Source of the DNA: Roseibacillus sp.
Lineage (GTDB): Bacteria; Verrucomicrobiota; Verrucomicrobiia; Verrucomicrobiales; Akkermansiaceae
Direction: 5' to 3'
Assembly (NCBI GenBank): GCA_051251855.1
Contig: JBPOGI010000004.1
Span: 224,001 to 288,000, forward strand
DNA: 64,000 nt
In this document: positions 1 to 9,389 of the stretch, piece by piece
How the letters are laid out: the number at the start of each line of letters is the position of its first letter
How positions within the stretch are numbered: position 1 is the first letter of the stretch
Notes under the pieces: model-generated
Seen by the model: only the letters and a program-made list of their open reading frames with translations
What the model was told of the DNA's origin: nothing
The model's database searches: none
Translations under genes and position numbers: made by a program

Positions 1-1
1 C

Positions 2-3000
2 TCTGGCGGCACGGCGGTAGCAGTTCCCATCAATGCCAATCAAACCTATCGTCTAGAGGTTCTTGCAGCCTTGGACACTCCCTTCGACTATTCGATCGGT
101 CTCGCCGCCCATACCGTGCAACCGGACTCTTTCGATCTTTACGTCAGTGATACTAATGGAAACCTCGTTGCCAGCCACTCAGGCCTCACTTTTCGAGATG
201 GCGCAAATGCGGTTGATGTCTTTCAAAGATTTCAACTTCTTCTCTTCAACGAACCCGATATCACTTTTGACGATTGGTTCATCACGGATGGCGTCATCGA
301 TAGTCGCGGCTATATTTCGCCCAATGTTTACGAGACACTGTCACTTGCAGACCAACACTTCTTCCGACTTCAAATTTCCGATGGCGATCAAGACGGGGAT
401 GGCATCACAGACTCCGAAGAACACCTCCTCGCTCCACACAACCCCTTTCTCTTTTTTGACTCCGAGACCAGCGCTGGAACCACGGACACTTCAGCCGCAA
501 CGAACCTGATGGCGAATTCAAACGGTCCCATCACCCTTTCTCTCCAAGGCTCGGATGTAGCCGCTTTTGAAGACAACTCCCCTAACATCGACGTTGATAA
601 CGCCACCGTAGTTATCAGCAGAACCGGCCCCTTAACTGCTGTCGACGCCAAGCTTTGCATCGCACCCCTCGCAAACACCGGCAACACCTCCACCATTTGC
701 GATGGGCTTTGCTGCACCCTCGTTGGTTCCGCTGGAGACGAAGCCGCTGAAGTGGAGGACTACACCCTCGTGGACGAAGACGGCCAAGTCATCACCGACA
801 CCGTCTCTTTCGAGTTTGGCGAGATGAGCAAGACCCTCACCGTCATCGCGACCAATGACGGCATCAACGAGTATCCCGAAACCCTGAACCTCGCGCTCTA
901 TCCTGATAGTGCGTATGAAATTTCATCCACCATCAATGGTGCCTCCATTCAACTCTTTGATCTTCCGGACAGCCCTTCTAACTACGCCATCTTCACCGGA
1001 CTCTTCAGCCAAGATGGAGCCGCTGTCATCACTTCTCCTGGGTCGGGATCGACCACCGCCATTCTCAACGGGCCCCGCACCAAACTCTTTCTCACCACCG
1101 AGTTCACCGGCCTCACTTCGAATCAACAGGACGCGCACATCCACAAGTCCAACCCCGGCACCCTCGCCTCAGAGAGAGTGGGCGACATCATCTACGCCAT
1201 CACCAACGTTCCTGGAGCGGAAGGAAGCAATCCCCCCGACTCCGACCCCAAACTTGGTCCGCTGAACAACTACGAGTGGGATCTCGCTGATTCAGCGGGT
1301 GCAGTTCCAACAGCGGGAGGGGCCGCCTCCAAGCAAACCGTCATCGACTCCCTCTTCGGACAAAGCGGCGAAACCCCGCTCTACTTTAACGTTCACACCG
1401 TCTCAAATCCCGCGGGCGAAATTTGGTCCTTTCTTGAACTCACCGGCGGTTCCGTCACCGACCCCGGCGAGCCGATTGCAGCAGCACTCCCAGGTTCCAC
1501 AGAATTCCCGCAACTCTTCGGGGAAGACCTGAGTGCCGAAGTCCGCCGCTTCCTCGATCAAGCCACCTTTGGAGCCACCGAAGAAGAAGTCGCCATTCTG
1601 GTAAGCTCCATTGAAAACGAGCGCCTCACTGATGCCAGCTACCATCGACAAAGCGCCTTCGACAGTTGGATGGATGCCCAAATGGCGGTGCCCCAACACT
1701 TCCATGTCGACTACCAAATCGCGAGCAACTTCCAGCAAATGAAGCTCCGGGGTTGGTTTGACCCCGCACTCAATCCCTCCGATGGCACCACAAATCCTCC
1801 CTCGCTCCCTGCCTCTTGGCCCGTCATCGACCGTTCCAATCCCGACCCTACCAAATGGCACCTCACCGGCACCTATCCAGCCACGAACTCACAAGGCGCT
1901 CTTGCACAAGCCAATGGACGAGGAACCTTTCTCTACAACACCGACCGCCGAACGACTCACACCCAAATGATGACCGGGGCTCCCGATCAACTCCGGCAAA
2001 AAATGGGCTTTGCACTGCAACAAATTGTCGTGGTCTCGGTCGTCGACGACACCCTCCGAAACAGCCCCATGGGCTCCTCAAATTATCAGGACCAGCTCAA
2101 CTACCACGCCTTCTCGCACTACCGCGATATCCTCGGATTCGTAAACTGGAGCCCCATCATGGGAAACTGGCTCTCTTCCATTCAAAATCAGAAGGGACTC
2201 GATATCGATGGCGACGGTCTCAACGACACCTTCCCCGACGAGAACCTCGCTCGCGAAAACATGCAGCTCTTTTCCATCGGCCTCTTCGAACTCTGGCCCG
2301 ACGGCACCTTGCGACTCGGCAGCGACGGTGCTCCTAACAACACCTACACCAATGACGACATCCGCGAATTTGCCAAGGTCATCACCGGACAGTCCTTCTC
2401 AGTCAGCAGCAACCCTTGGGGGGGAGACCCCTTCGATACCCGACCCAAGCTCACCTCCTTTAACACCTCGCAAGGACAGTCCACCATTTACGGCGACCGC
2501 TACAACTATCCTCTCCAGATGTTCGGCGACTACCATGACCGCAGTATCAAAACCTTTGCTGGCACCACCATCGACAACACCAATATCACCGATGCCACCG
2601 AGCACGGCATCGCCGATATGGAGGACGCGCTCAACTGGCTGGCAGGCAAGCCTGGTGACGGCAATCCCGACTTCGACATGGTTCACAGCCACGGCTCCAC
2701 CCCTGCCTTTATCTGTCGTCGACTCATCCAACGCTTTGTTAAGTCCAACCCGTCCCGCGAGTATCTCCACCGCGTCGCCACCGCCTTTAAGAACAACGAA
2801 GGAGACCTTGCACTGACCCTGAAAGCCATTCTCCTCGACCCAGAAGCCCGAGTCATTGACCTCAACGACTCTAGTATCGGAATGAAAAGGTCTCCCCTCG
2901 AATGCTACATTCAGCTCATTCGCAAGCTGGGAGCCTTCACCTACATCCCCTTCACTCCCAGCACCGACTACCCCTTTGACAATGCTCCAGGAGATTATTC

Positions 3001-3721
3001 TAACCCCGACATCTACATCACCAACTTCGGCTATCCCATGAGCCAAGCTACCGGTCATCGACTCGACCAGCGCCTGCACATTGGCGTCACCAATTCAGGG
3101 AACACCAGCTCGCTCATGATGGAGTCCTTCTATCAAGAAACCGTTTTCAACTGGTATCTCCCCGACTACGCGCCCAGCGGCTCCGTTTCCAATGCCGGTC
3201 TCGTTGCTCCCGAGATGCAACTGGCTAACGAACAAGACGTCATCCGCAACATCAACTATTTCCGCCAGCTCTTCGTCAATTCCAATGGCGTCTTTGGACT
3301 CCCCTTTGGAGGCTCGATTACCCCCAGTCAAAAAACAGCCTTCAACGTCACCGACAATAGCGCGAACTCCTACCACAGCACTCGCCTCGATTTCAGCAAG
3401 CTTGTCAACGAGCTCTACCCTCCGACGCCACCCACCCCCACCGGTTCGGAGACCGCAGAATACCTCGCCAACCTGAGCATGCTCGACGAACTGGACCGCC
3501 GTCTCAATTACGGGCATTTTAAGGAGCGCTACCCCATCGATCCTGCGGACGACGGCCCGGATGGCATCTTCCAGAATCCACGCGAATTGATTCTCTCAGC
3601 CGTCACTTATGGAGGTGACAATCCCTATGATGGCAACAACGACTACAACAATCGTCTCAATCGAATTCAGGATGTTCTCTACCTCATCGTTGCGAGTCCC
3701 GAGTTCCAAGTCCGCAAGTAA
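2..3721 (+). CDS. DUF1800 family protein with Calx-beta-like and CHRD domains (5' end lies outside the window)
   Basis: Frame is open from position 2. CHRD motifs FTGLTSNQQDAHIH and LYFNVHTVSNPAGEI. DUF1800 motifs RFLDQATFG, DQLRQKMGFALQQIVVVS, PDENLARENMQLFSIGL, C-terminal YLIVASPEFQVRK. Directly upstream of a DUF1501 gene, the usual pairing. Confidence 0.88.
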   Translation, partial: SGGTAVAVPINANQTYRLEVLAALDTPFDYSIGLAAHTVQPDSFDLYVSDTNGNLVASHSGLTFRDGANAVDVFQRFQLLLFNEPDITFDDWFITDGVIDSRGYISPNVYETLSLADQHFFRLQISDGDQDGDGITDSEEHLLAPHNPFLFFDSETSAGTTDTSAATNLMANSNGPITLSLQGSDVAAFEDNSPNIDVDNATVVISRTGPLTAVDAKLCIAPLANTGNTSTICDGLCCTLVGSAGDEAAEVEDYTLVDEDGQVITDTVSFEFGEMSKTLTVIATNDGINEYPETLNLALYPDSAYEISSTINGASIQLFDLPDSPSNYAIFTGLFSQDGAAVITSPGSGSTTAILNGPRTKLFLTTEFTGLTSNQQDAHIHKSNPGTLASERVGDIIYAITNVPGAEGSNPPDSDPKLGPLNNYEWDLADSAGAVPTAGGAASKQTVIDSLFGQSGETPLYFNVHTVSNPAGEIWSFLELTGGSVTDPGEPIAAALPGSTEFPQLFGEDLSAEVRRFLDQATFGATEEEVAILVSSIENERLTDASYHRQSAFDSWMDAQMAVPQHFHVDYQIASNFQQMKLRGWFDPALNPSDGTTNPPSLPASWPVIDRSNPDPTKWHLTGTYPATNSQGALAQANGRGTFLYNTDRRTTHTQMMTGAPDQLRQKMGFALQQIVVVSVVDDTLRNSPMGSSNYQDQLNYHAFSHYRDILGFVNWSPIMGNWLSSIQNQKGLDIDGDGLNDTFPDENLARENMQLFSIGLFELWPDGTLRLGSDGAPNNTYTNDDIREFAKVITGQSFSVSSNPWGGDPFDTRPKLTSFNTSQGQSTIYGDRYNYPLQMFGDYHDRSIKTFAGTTIDNTNITDATEHGIADMEDALNWLAGKPGDGNPDFDMVHSHGSTPAFICRRLIQRFVKSNPSREYLHRVATAFKNNEGDLALTLKAILLDPEARVIDLNDSSIGMKRSPLECYIQLIRKLGAFTYIPFTPSTDYPFDNAPGDYSNPDIYITNFGYPMSQATGHRLDQRLHIGVTNSGNTSSLMMESFYQETVFNWYLPDYAPSGSVSNAGLVAPEMQLANEQDVIRNINYFRQLFVNSNGVFGLPFGGSITPSQKTAFNVTDNSANSYHSTRLDFSKLVNELYPPTPPTPTGSETAEYLANLSMLDELDRRLNYGHFKERYPIDPADDGPDGIFQNPRELILSAVTYGGDNPYDGNNDYNNRLNRIQDVLYLIVASPEFQVRK

Positions 3722-3744
3722 CAACCCATCTCTTTCCTCCTGCC

Positions 3745-5295
3745 ATGAAACACGAAACCTTCTCCCTCTCTCGCAGAAAATTCCTTCGCTACGGAACCTG
3801 CGGCTCCATGGGCATTGGCTCTCTCGTCAACACCCTCTCACAACTTCAACTCATTAACTCAGCAGCTGCCGCGTCCGTTGGCGGAAGCGATGTCGTGGGT
3901 GATGACTACAAAGCACTCGTCTGCATTTTCCTACGAGGAGGCTGCGATATGAACAACGTTCTCATCCCAGTCGCAGGAAATCCCCAAGCCGCAGCCTACG
4001 CCAATGACCGCGGAGTGGTTGCGGTCCCGAACGGCATCAATGGCCCCAACGACACTATTGCCCTCAACGGTCTCACAGAGCCTTTCGGACTCCATCCCTC
4101 CTTCGTCAACCTCGCCAAAATGTTCAATGGCACCTCTAACAATGCCACCGGACCCGAGGCCACTTTCGTCACCAATGTCGGGACCTTAGCTGAGAAAATC
4201 GAAACCCCCTCCGACTACAATAGCTCTTCCCTTCCCTTGCAACTTTTCTCCCACTCCGATCAAGTGACCGAGTGGATGTCTTCCATTTCCGACCAAGCTT
4301 ACACCTCAGGTTGGGGCGCTCGGGTTGCCGAACTTTATCACTCCACGTGGAATCCACAGAGCGCTTCTTCCATGCTCATTAGCGCGGCTGGAAATAATCA
4401 GTTTCTCGGCGGAAGCCCCACGAGCCCACCCTATAGCGTGACCTCAGCCGGCGCGGTTTCGCTCGCGGGCTTCGGTACAAACTACGGGAGCGCCCTCGAC
4501 AACAACGACAACTACACCAACACCCAGTCGGGGCGTCGACTCAAGGCCCTCGAGCGCATCATGGCCTACAGCCACAGCAATATCATTGAGGACTCCTACT
4601 CCACCGTGGTGCAACGTGCCCGAGAAACAGAGGCCGTCATCATCGAGAGTTCGGCGGTTGCGGCCAGCCTAGGACTCGACCTCGACGCCATCTTTTCCAG
4701 CTACGGAGCGACCGGAAACATTGCCGACGAACTCAAATCGATCGCCCGCCTCATCACGGGACGAAAATGCCTCGGCAACAAGCGCCAAATCTTCTTTGTC
4801 GACCTCGGGGGCTTCGATACTCATCAGGGCATCAACGGCAGCCTCGGCACCCTTCTCTCTCAAGTGGACAACGCCATCGGGGCCTTCAACCAAGCCATGA
4901 AGGACTTGGCAGTAGCCGATAGCGATTTCGAGTATGATAAAGTAACTACCTTCCAAGCCTCTGATTTCAACCGCACTTGGACTCCCAACGGAACGAATCC
5001 AACCACCGCCGGCACCGACCACGCCTGGGGCACCCACGCCTTCGTCTTTGGAGGAGCCGTCAATGGCGGCCAGTTCTTCGGCGAATTCCCCGAACTCACT
5101 GTTGGAGGCAACAACGACGTCCCCTCCGGTTCACGCGGGAGATGGATTCCAACCACCTCCGTGGACGAATATTGCGCCGTCCTCGCCAACTGGTTTGGCG
5201 TCCCGTCTGGCAGCACCCAAATGGAGACCATTCTCCCGAACCTCAGCCGTTTTGATAATCCATTTGCCGCTGGCAGCAATATTGCGTTTCTTTAG
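3745..5295 (+). CDS. DUF1501 family protein, Tat-exported
   Basis: Twin-arginine signal SRRKFLR; YKALVCIFLRGGCD, LFSHSDQ, GGFDTH, SDFNRT, GTDHAWG, GRWIPTTSVD. Confidence 0.92.
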   Translation: MKHETFSLSRRKFLRYGTCGSMGIGSLVNTLSQLQLINSAAAASVGGSDVVGDDYKALVCIFLRGGCDMNNVLIPVAGNPQAAAYANDRGVVAVPNGINGPNDTIALNGLTEPFGLHPSFVNLAKMFNGTSNNATGPEATFVTNVGTLAEKIETPSDYNSSSLPLQLFSHSDQVTEWMSSISDQAYTSGWGARVAELYHSTWNPQSASSMLISAAGNNQFLGGSPTSPPYSVTSAGAVSLAGFGTNYGSALDNNDNYTNTQSGRRLKALERIMAYSHSNIIEDSYSTVVQRARETEAVIIESSAVAASLGLDLDAIFSSYGATGNIADELKSIARLITGRKCLGNKRQIFFVDLGGFDTHQGINGSLGTLLSQVDNAIGAFNQAMKDLAVADSDFEYDKVTTFQASDFNRTWTPNGTNPTTAGTDHAWGTHAFVFGGAVNGGQFFGEFPELTVGGNNDVPSGSRGRWIPTTSVDEYCAVLANWFGVPSGSTQMETILPNLSRFDNPFAAGSNIAFL

Positions 5296-5304
5296 GGCCT
5301 CGCC

Positions 5305-5904
5305 GTGACCAATCCCAAACGAATTTTCTTCATCCTTGGCCTGCTGATCCTTGCGGCAATTTCCTACTATTTCGGAAAATCTAAGCCACCGGTGCAAAAA
5401 GAATCCAACGCCGGCCAAAGCATCCAGGGACAGGAAAGCACCTCCACACCAAAGCCGCTAACCCCAATCTCTCGCGCAGAAGCGCTTCGCAATCGAACAC
5501 CTTCTCCCGAGAAGAACCTCGAAGCAAGGGTGACCCGATACACCGATGGCTCCGCTGATCTCGTCGATGCCATCACCCTAAGCGGTCAGCTACACCAATC
5601 AACCGACCCGCGTAACGACCTCGAAATAATGGCTCAATTATTCGTTCAATACCGGCTCCTCTACCAAGAAAACCCCATCGGAACCGAAAACTTCGAATTT
5701 ACGGCCGCTCTCACCGGAGACAACACGAAAAAGGTCAACTTCATCGACCCTGAAAGCCCAGCCCTGACCTCCGCCAACGAACTCGTCGATCGTTGGGGTA
5801 GCCCCTTTGTCTTCCACCCCCTCAGCGGAAAAGAGATGGAAATCCTCTCCTACGGCCCCGACCAAACGCTCTGGACCAAAGACGACCTGACCCTCGATAA
5901 GTAA
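5305..5904 (+). CDS. Membrane-anchored hypothetical protein with GspG/pseudopilin-like C-terminal segment
   Basis: GTG start 9 nt after the DUF1501 stop; one N-terminal TM helix; C-terminal DRWGSPF...EILSYGPDQTLWTKDD resembles the T2SS-G DPWG...SxGPDG..GTxDD motif. Confidence 0.65.
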   Translation: MTNPKRIFFILGLLILAAISYYFGKSKPPVQKESNAGQSIQGQESTSTPKPLTPISRAEALRNRTPSPEKNLEARVTRYTDGSADLVDAITLSGQLHQSTDPRNDLEIMAQLFVQYRLLYQENPIGTENFEFTAALTGDNTKKVNFIDPESPALTSANELVDRWGSPFVFHPLSGKEMEILSYGPDQTLWTKDDLTLDK

Positions 5905-6003
5905 AGCTTAGGGTTGAGAAGTCACTTTTGCCTTCGCTTTCAATCGATTGGGACTCTTGTCATTCATTCGTATTGCTGTAGTATTCTACTCACCCGAAGA
6001 ACT

Positions 6004-6459
6004 ATGACTCTCTCTGAACTGAAGGCCATTCTCGCTGCGAACCCAGAAAATCCAGTCTCCATCAATCTCCCTGATGGCAACTCAGTCCCTCCCCACTTTC
6101 ACGTCACCGAGGTCGCTTTCTCTAAAAAGGACTTCATCGACTGCGGGGGAACCATCCGACACGAAGGAAAATGCCTCCTCCAAATCTGGGTTGCAGACGA
6201 CATCGAACACCGCGTCAATTCCTCCACCTTGGCTAAAATCCTCGAACATGGTGCCCCCGTCATTCCAACCGACGAACTCCCCGTGGAGATCGAGTACTGT
6301 CTGCCAGGGCTCACCCACATGGAACTCACTGAAGTAAAACCCAACGAAGGAGTTCTTAACCTCATCCTTTCTCATCGCCAAACCGACTGCTTAGCAAAAG
6401 ATGTCTGCGGAATCTCTCCTTCTGGGGATAGCTGCGAACCGGGCTCTGGATGCTGCTAA
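6004..6459 (+). CDS. DUF6428 family protein, Cys-rich C-terminus
   Basis: VPPHFHVTEV, FIDCGG, LQIWVADDIEHR, TDCLAKDVCG...CEPGSGCC. ATG at 6004 preferred over TTG at 5914. Confidence 0.75.
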   Translation: MTLSELKAILAANPENPVSINLPDGNSVPPHFHVTEVAFSKKDFIDCGGTIRHEGKCLLQIWVADDIEHRVNSSTLAKILEHGAPVIPTDELPVEIEYCLPGLTHMELTEVKPNEGVLNLILSHRQTDCLAKDVCGISPSGDSCEPGSGCC

Positions 6460-6478
6460 ACCCAAACAAAGAGCGAAC

Positions 6479-7024
6479 ATAAAAGTAAACCTAACACTCT
6501 TTGTCGGAGCACTCTCTGCAGTCTTTCTAGCTTCGTGTGGAGGCTCTGCATCTGACAACGTCGCCACCACTTCTTCAGATTCAACTGCCGTCCCTGCAGG
6601 CAACCTCGAGAACGAAACCCTCTATCACGTCAATCGCTACCGCACCTCTAAAGGACTTCACTTACTCAAGCCCCACCCCGGCCTCCTAAAGCTCGCACGT
6701 ATCCATTCCAACAATATGGAGAAGCGGGATGAGATGGGCCATTTCGACTTTGAGAAGAGGGCCAAAACTGCCCAAAAGAAGTATAAAATGGGAGCCATGT
6801 CCGAAAACCTTCACCGCTCTTGGGGCGTCGTTCCCAGCGGAAGTTCCATCGCCAATCAGTGGGCTAACTCGCCCAAGCACAAAAAGAATATGGAAGGAAA
6901 CTTCCACTATGCAGGCATGGCAATCACTCAAAAAGAAGATCGTATTTATACCACTCTCCTTCTTGGTAAAGATCTTGGAGCAAGCACCCCTTCTTCTTCA
7001 GCTGCTCCGTTCCTCGTATTTTAG
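6479..7024 (+). CDS. CAP/SCP domain lipoprotein (start uncertain)
   Basis: Lipobox FLASC; VNRYR..KGL, ARIHSNNM, SENL, WANSPKHKKNM. The signal peptide fits a start at ATA 6479; the only in-frame ATG (6401) overlaps the upstream gene. Confidence 0.8.
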   Translation: MKVNLTLFVGALSAVFLASCGGSASDNVATTSSDSTAVPAGNLENETLYHVNRYRTSKGLHLLKPHPGLLKLARIHSNNMEKRDEMGHFDFEKRAKTAQKKYKMGAMSENLHRSWGVVPSGSSIANQWANSPKHKKNMEGNFHYAGMAITQKEDRIYTTLLLGKDLGASTPSSSAAPFLVF

Positions 7025-7098
7025 CAGTCAGCAGTTCATTTTTCCGCACTATTTCTAACGGGTAGCCCAGAGTTGGCCCACCTCGTGCTCAGGGGGCG

Positions 7099-7809
7099 GT
7101 GTCAGAAGACACCACCCTCATGAAATACACTGTTGAAGGCTGCCCGATAGACTGGGAACCACAGCCAATTCGAGAAACCATCCGAAGAGCTCAGATGGAA
7201 GGGCACCACCCTAACCGCCTTCTCCTTGGTCACTGCGAAGCAGGTTCACTGCGCAGATATCTCGGCGAAAACTTCGAGGCCTCGGTTCCTAACTCTTTGC
7301 GAGACACCTACTACCTTGGACTGAAAGTCGAGGAGACAGACGCAGAGCACCTTATCGCCATCGACGGTGAAAAACTCACCGTTCATCCTGAAGACGATCT
7401 ACCACCACTTGAGAACAATCAGTCGCCCAAGTGGCACGACAAAGATCCGGTTGCAGATGAAGATAAGGCCTCCTCTGAACTGGAGTTCAAGACCGAGTGG
7501 GATGCCGCAGCTTTGCGCGAACTCATCAAAAAGAAATCGGCCGCCCAGCGCACCCCTGCATTTCTCTTCCTCGGACGCCACGAGGCCATGCTTCTACGCG
7601 TTCACCTTAACGCCGACTTTGGTCCCTCAGCGGTTCGAACCCTCAAGAATCTCTACTACTCTGGACTGGAAGTCATTGAAGTGGATACCGACCGCTTCCT
7701 TCGCACCGCAGGCACTAAGCGCGTAAAGGCATTCCAAGATGCTTTGGGAAGACGCCCCAAGTGGAAGGACCTACAATATTCCTCCAGCTGGCACTTCCGC
7801 ACAAGCTAG
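7099..7809 (+). CDS. Hypothetical protein built from two tandem copies of a ~75-aa unknown domain
   Basis: 236-aa ORF with clear internal repeat W..(I/L)RE.I...P..L.LG..EA..LR..L...F...L...YY.GL.V.E.D. Alternative start ATG 7120. Confidence 0.75.
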   Translation: MSEDTTLMKYTVEGCPIDWEPQPIRETIRRAQMEGHHPNRLLLGHCEAGSLRRYLGENFEASVPNSLRDTYYLGLKVEETDAEHLIAIDGEKLTVHPEDDLPPLENNQSPKWHDKDPVADEDKASSELEFKTEWDAAALRELIKKKSAAQRTPAFLFLGRHEAMLLRVHLNADFGPSAVRTLKNLYYSGLEVIEVDTDRFLRTAGTKRVKAFQDALGRRPKWKDLQYSSSWHFRTS

Positions 7810-7970
7810 TGCATCGTTTTGAAAATAGGGTTGCGTTTCGGCTCAGGAAATTTTCTGGAGAACAAGGCGCAAATTGCTTGTTGAATGGATATTCCACAGC
7901 TGCTTGCAACGCAGTTATTCTGAAAAAGAACCAGCTGAAATGCAGCGTTATTTTTGAAACGGTGCACTAG
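7806..7970. mobile_element. MITE-like element (157 bp) with ~34-bp imperfect terminal inverted repeats, flanked by CTAG on both sides
   Basis: Left end CTAG-TGCATCGTTTTGAAAATAGGGTTGCGTTTCGGCT versus reverse complement of right end CTAG-TGCACCGTTTCAAAAATAACGCTGCATTTCAGCT: 30/38 identical by manual count. AT-richer than flanks, no credible ORF. Confidence 0.7.
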
Positions 7971-8660
7971 TTAGGCCGGCTTCTCCAAGCCAATCACAAG
8001 GGCGGACTCCCCCTCCACCCTCCACTGAACCTCTTGCCCAGCGACGCGGGCACGGTATTCCCGTGACTCGCCCGCTTGGTAGGCTGGTCCAGGCCGCAGG
8101 GAAATCATCCCCATAATGAGGTCTTGGTCTCCCTCCCCAAGTGCATTCCACTTCCCAATCGCCTCGGGGGAAATGCCCACCGCGATCCGAGTGGGCGGCT
8201 CTGGCGCAAATCCAGCCTGAGCATGGGGAAGTGAATCAACATACGGAACATAAGGTCGAATATCGAGGATAGGCGTTCCATCCACGATATCGACGCCCTT
8301 GACTCGGAGCTTGGGAAAGACGCTTTCAATCTCACAAACCGATAGACCAATTCGATTGGGTCGAAAGGGAGAACGAGTTGCAAAGACGCCCAATTTCTCA
8401 TTCCCACCCAATCGCGGGGGCCTGACTCGAAGCCTCGTCTCCTTGGGATCCACTCGGTCAAAAAGAAAAGTAATCCACAGATGGGAAAACCCCTCCAGTC
8501 CTTCCCTCCCCTCAGGCCCTGAATACCTCTCTACAAACTCCACCTCTCCCCAGGCCTCATCTATCAGTCCGGGTTGCCTCGGCACCCCAAACTTTTCATC
8601 CCAAGGGCTTCGCAAGTAGGCAATTGGTTCTAACTCAATCATGATAGGCTCAGTCATCAC
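7971..8660 (-). CDS. tsaA: tRNA (N6-threonylcarbamoyladenosine(37)-N6)-methyltransferase TrmO
   Basis: KFGVPRQPGL, GLEGFSHLW, VRPPRLGGN, GVFATRSPFRPNRIGLS, DIVDGTPILDIRPY. Confidence 0.93.
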   Translation of the reverse strand: MMTEPIMIELEPIAYLRSPWDEKFGVPRQPGLIDEAWGEVEFVERYSGPEGREGLEGFSHLWITFLFDRVDPKETRLRVRPPRLGGNEKLGVFATRSPFRPNRIGLSVCEIESVFPKLRVKGVDIVDGTPILDIRPYVPYVDSLPHAQAGFAPEPPTRIAVGISPEAIGKWNALGEGDQDLIMGMISLRPGPAYQAGESREYRARVAGQEVQWRVEGESALVIGLEKPA

Positions 8661-9326
8661 TTACGGGAAAACGTTCTGGGATTTACTAAGGAGACCATGG
8701 CTCCGTCCCAGCCACCAGCCTCCTAGAAACCCACAAAGATGAGCCTCCCAAGAAATTCCCCTCTCGGTCGGTAGCACTCCCCAAAGCATCCCCCCATAAA
8801 AGATAGCAACCAAGACTCCTGCCACAATCCACAGCGGCTTTCGCTCCGTCCAAGCTCGCAACAACAGATAGCCAAAATACCCGTAAATCAATCCACTCGC
8901 TCCAATATGAACGCTTCCTCCTCGGCCAATGAGCCATGTTCCGAGCCCGCTGATCAAAACCAGCAAGAAGGTCGTTTTGAGAAAACGTTTTCCCTCCGCC
9001 ACCACCATCAAGAATCCAAGACCCAGAAAGGCGACCGTATTATTAGTAAGGTGTCCCCAATCACCATGCAGCCAAGGCGAGAGAAAGACCCCCACCAACC
9101 CAAAGAACTCGCGCGGATGAATCCCCAACGCATCCAAGGGCAGACCAAATAATCCAAATACCCTGTCCGCGACCTCCACCATCCAGGCCATCGCAATCAA
9201 CCCCAATACAAGCCCACAGCCTGGCCGCGAAACCTTACCATAACCACCTGCCCCCCTAGCAGCGCCTCCCACGATTTCAACGGGAGCCTCTCTAGGCAGT
9301 GGCGGCCTTGGCGTTTCTGATTCCAT
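8661..9326 (-). CDS. Rhomboid family intramembrane serine protease
   Basis: Multiple TM segments; HGDWGHLTNN, HIGASG (catalytic Ser), SWEAHLCG (catalytic His). Abuts tsaA. Confidence 0.9.
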   Translation of the reverse strand: MESETPRPPLPREAPVEIVGGAARGAGGYGKVSRPGCGLVLGLIAMAWMVEVADRVFGLFGLPLDALGIHPREFFGLVGVFLSPWLHGDWGHLTNNTVAFLGLGFLMVVAEGKRFLKTTFLLVLISGLGTWLIGRGGSVHIGASGLIYGYFGYLLLRAWTERKPLWIVAGVLVAIFYGGMLWGVLPTERGISWEAHLCGFLGGWWLGRSHGLLSKSQNVFP

Positions 9327-9389
9327 CTTCAAGCCATACTATGTCACGGGAGAGATTGTCGCGCTCTTAATTTGTGGCAGAGTTATCAC

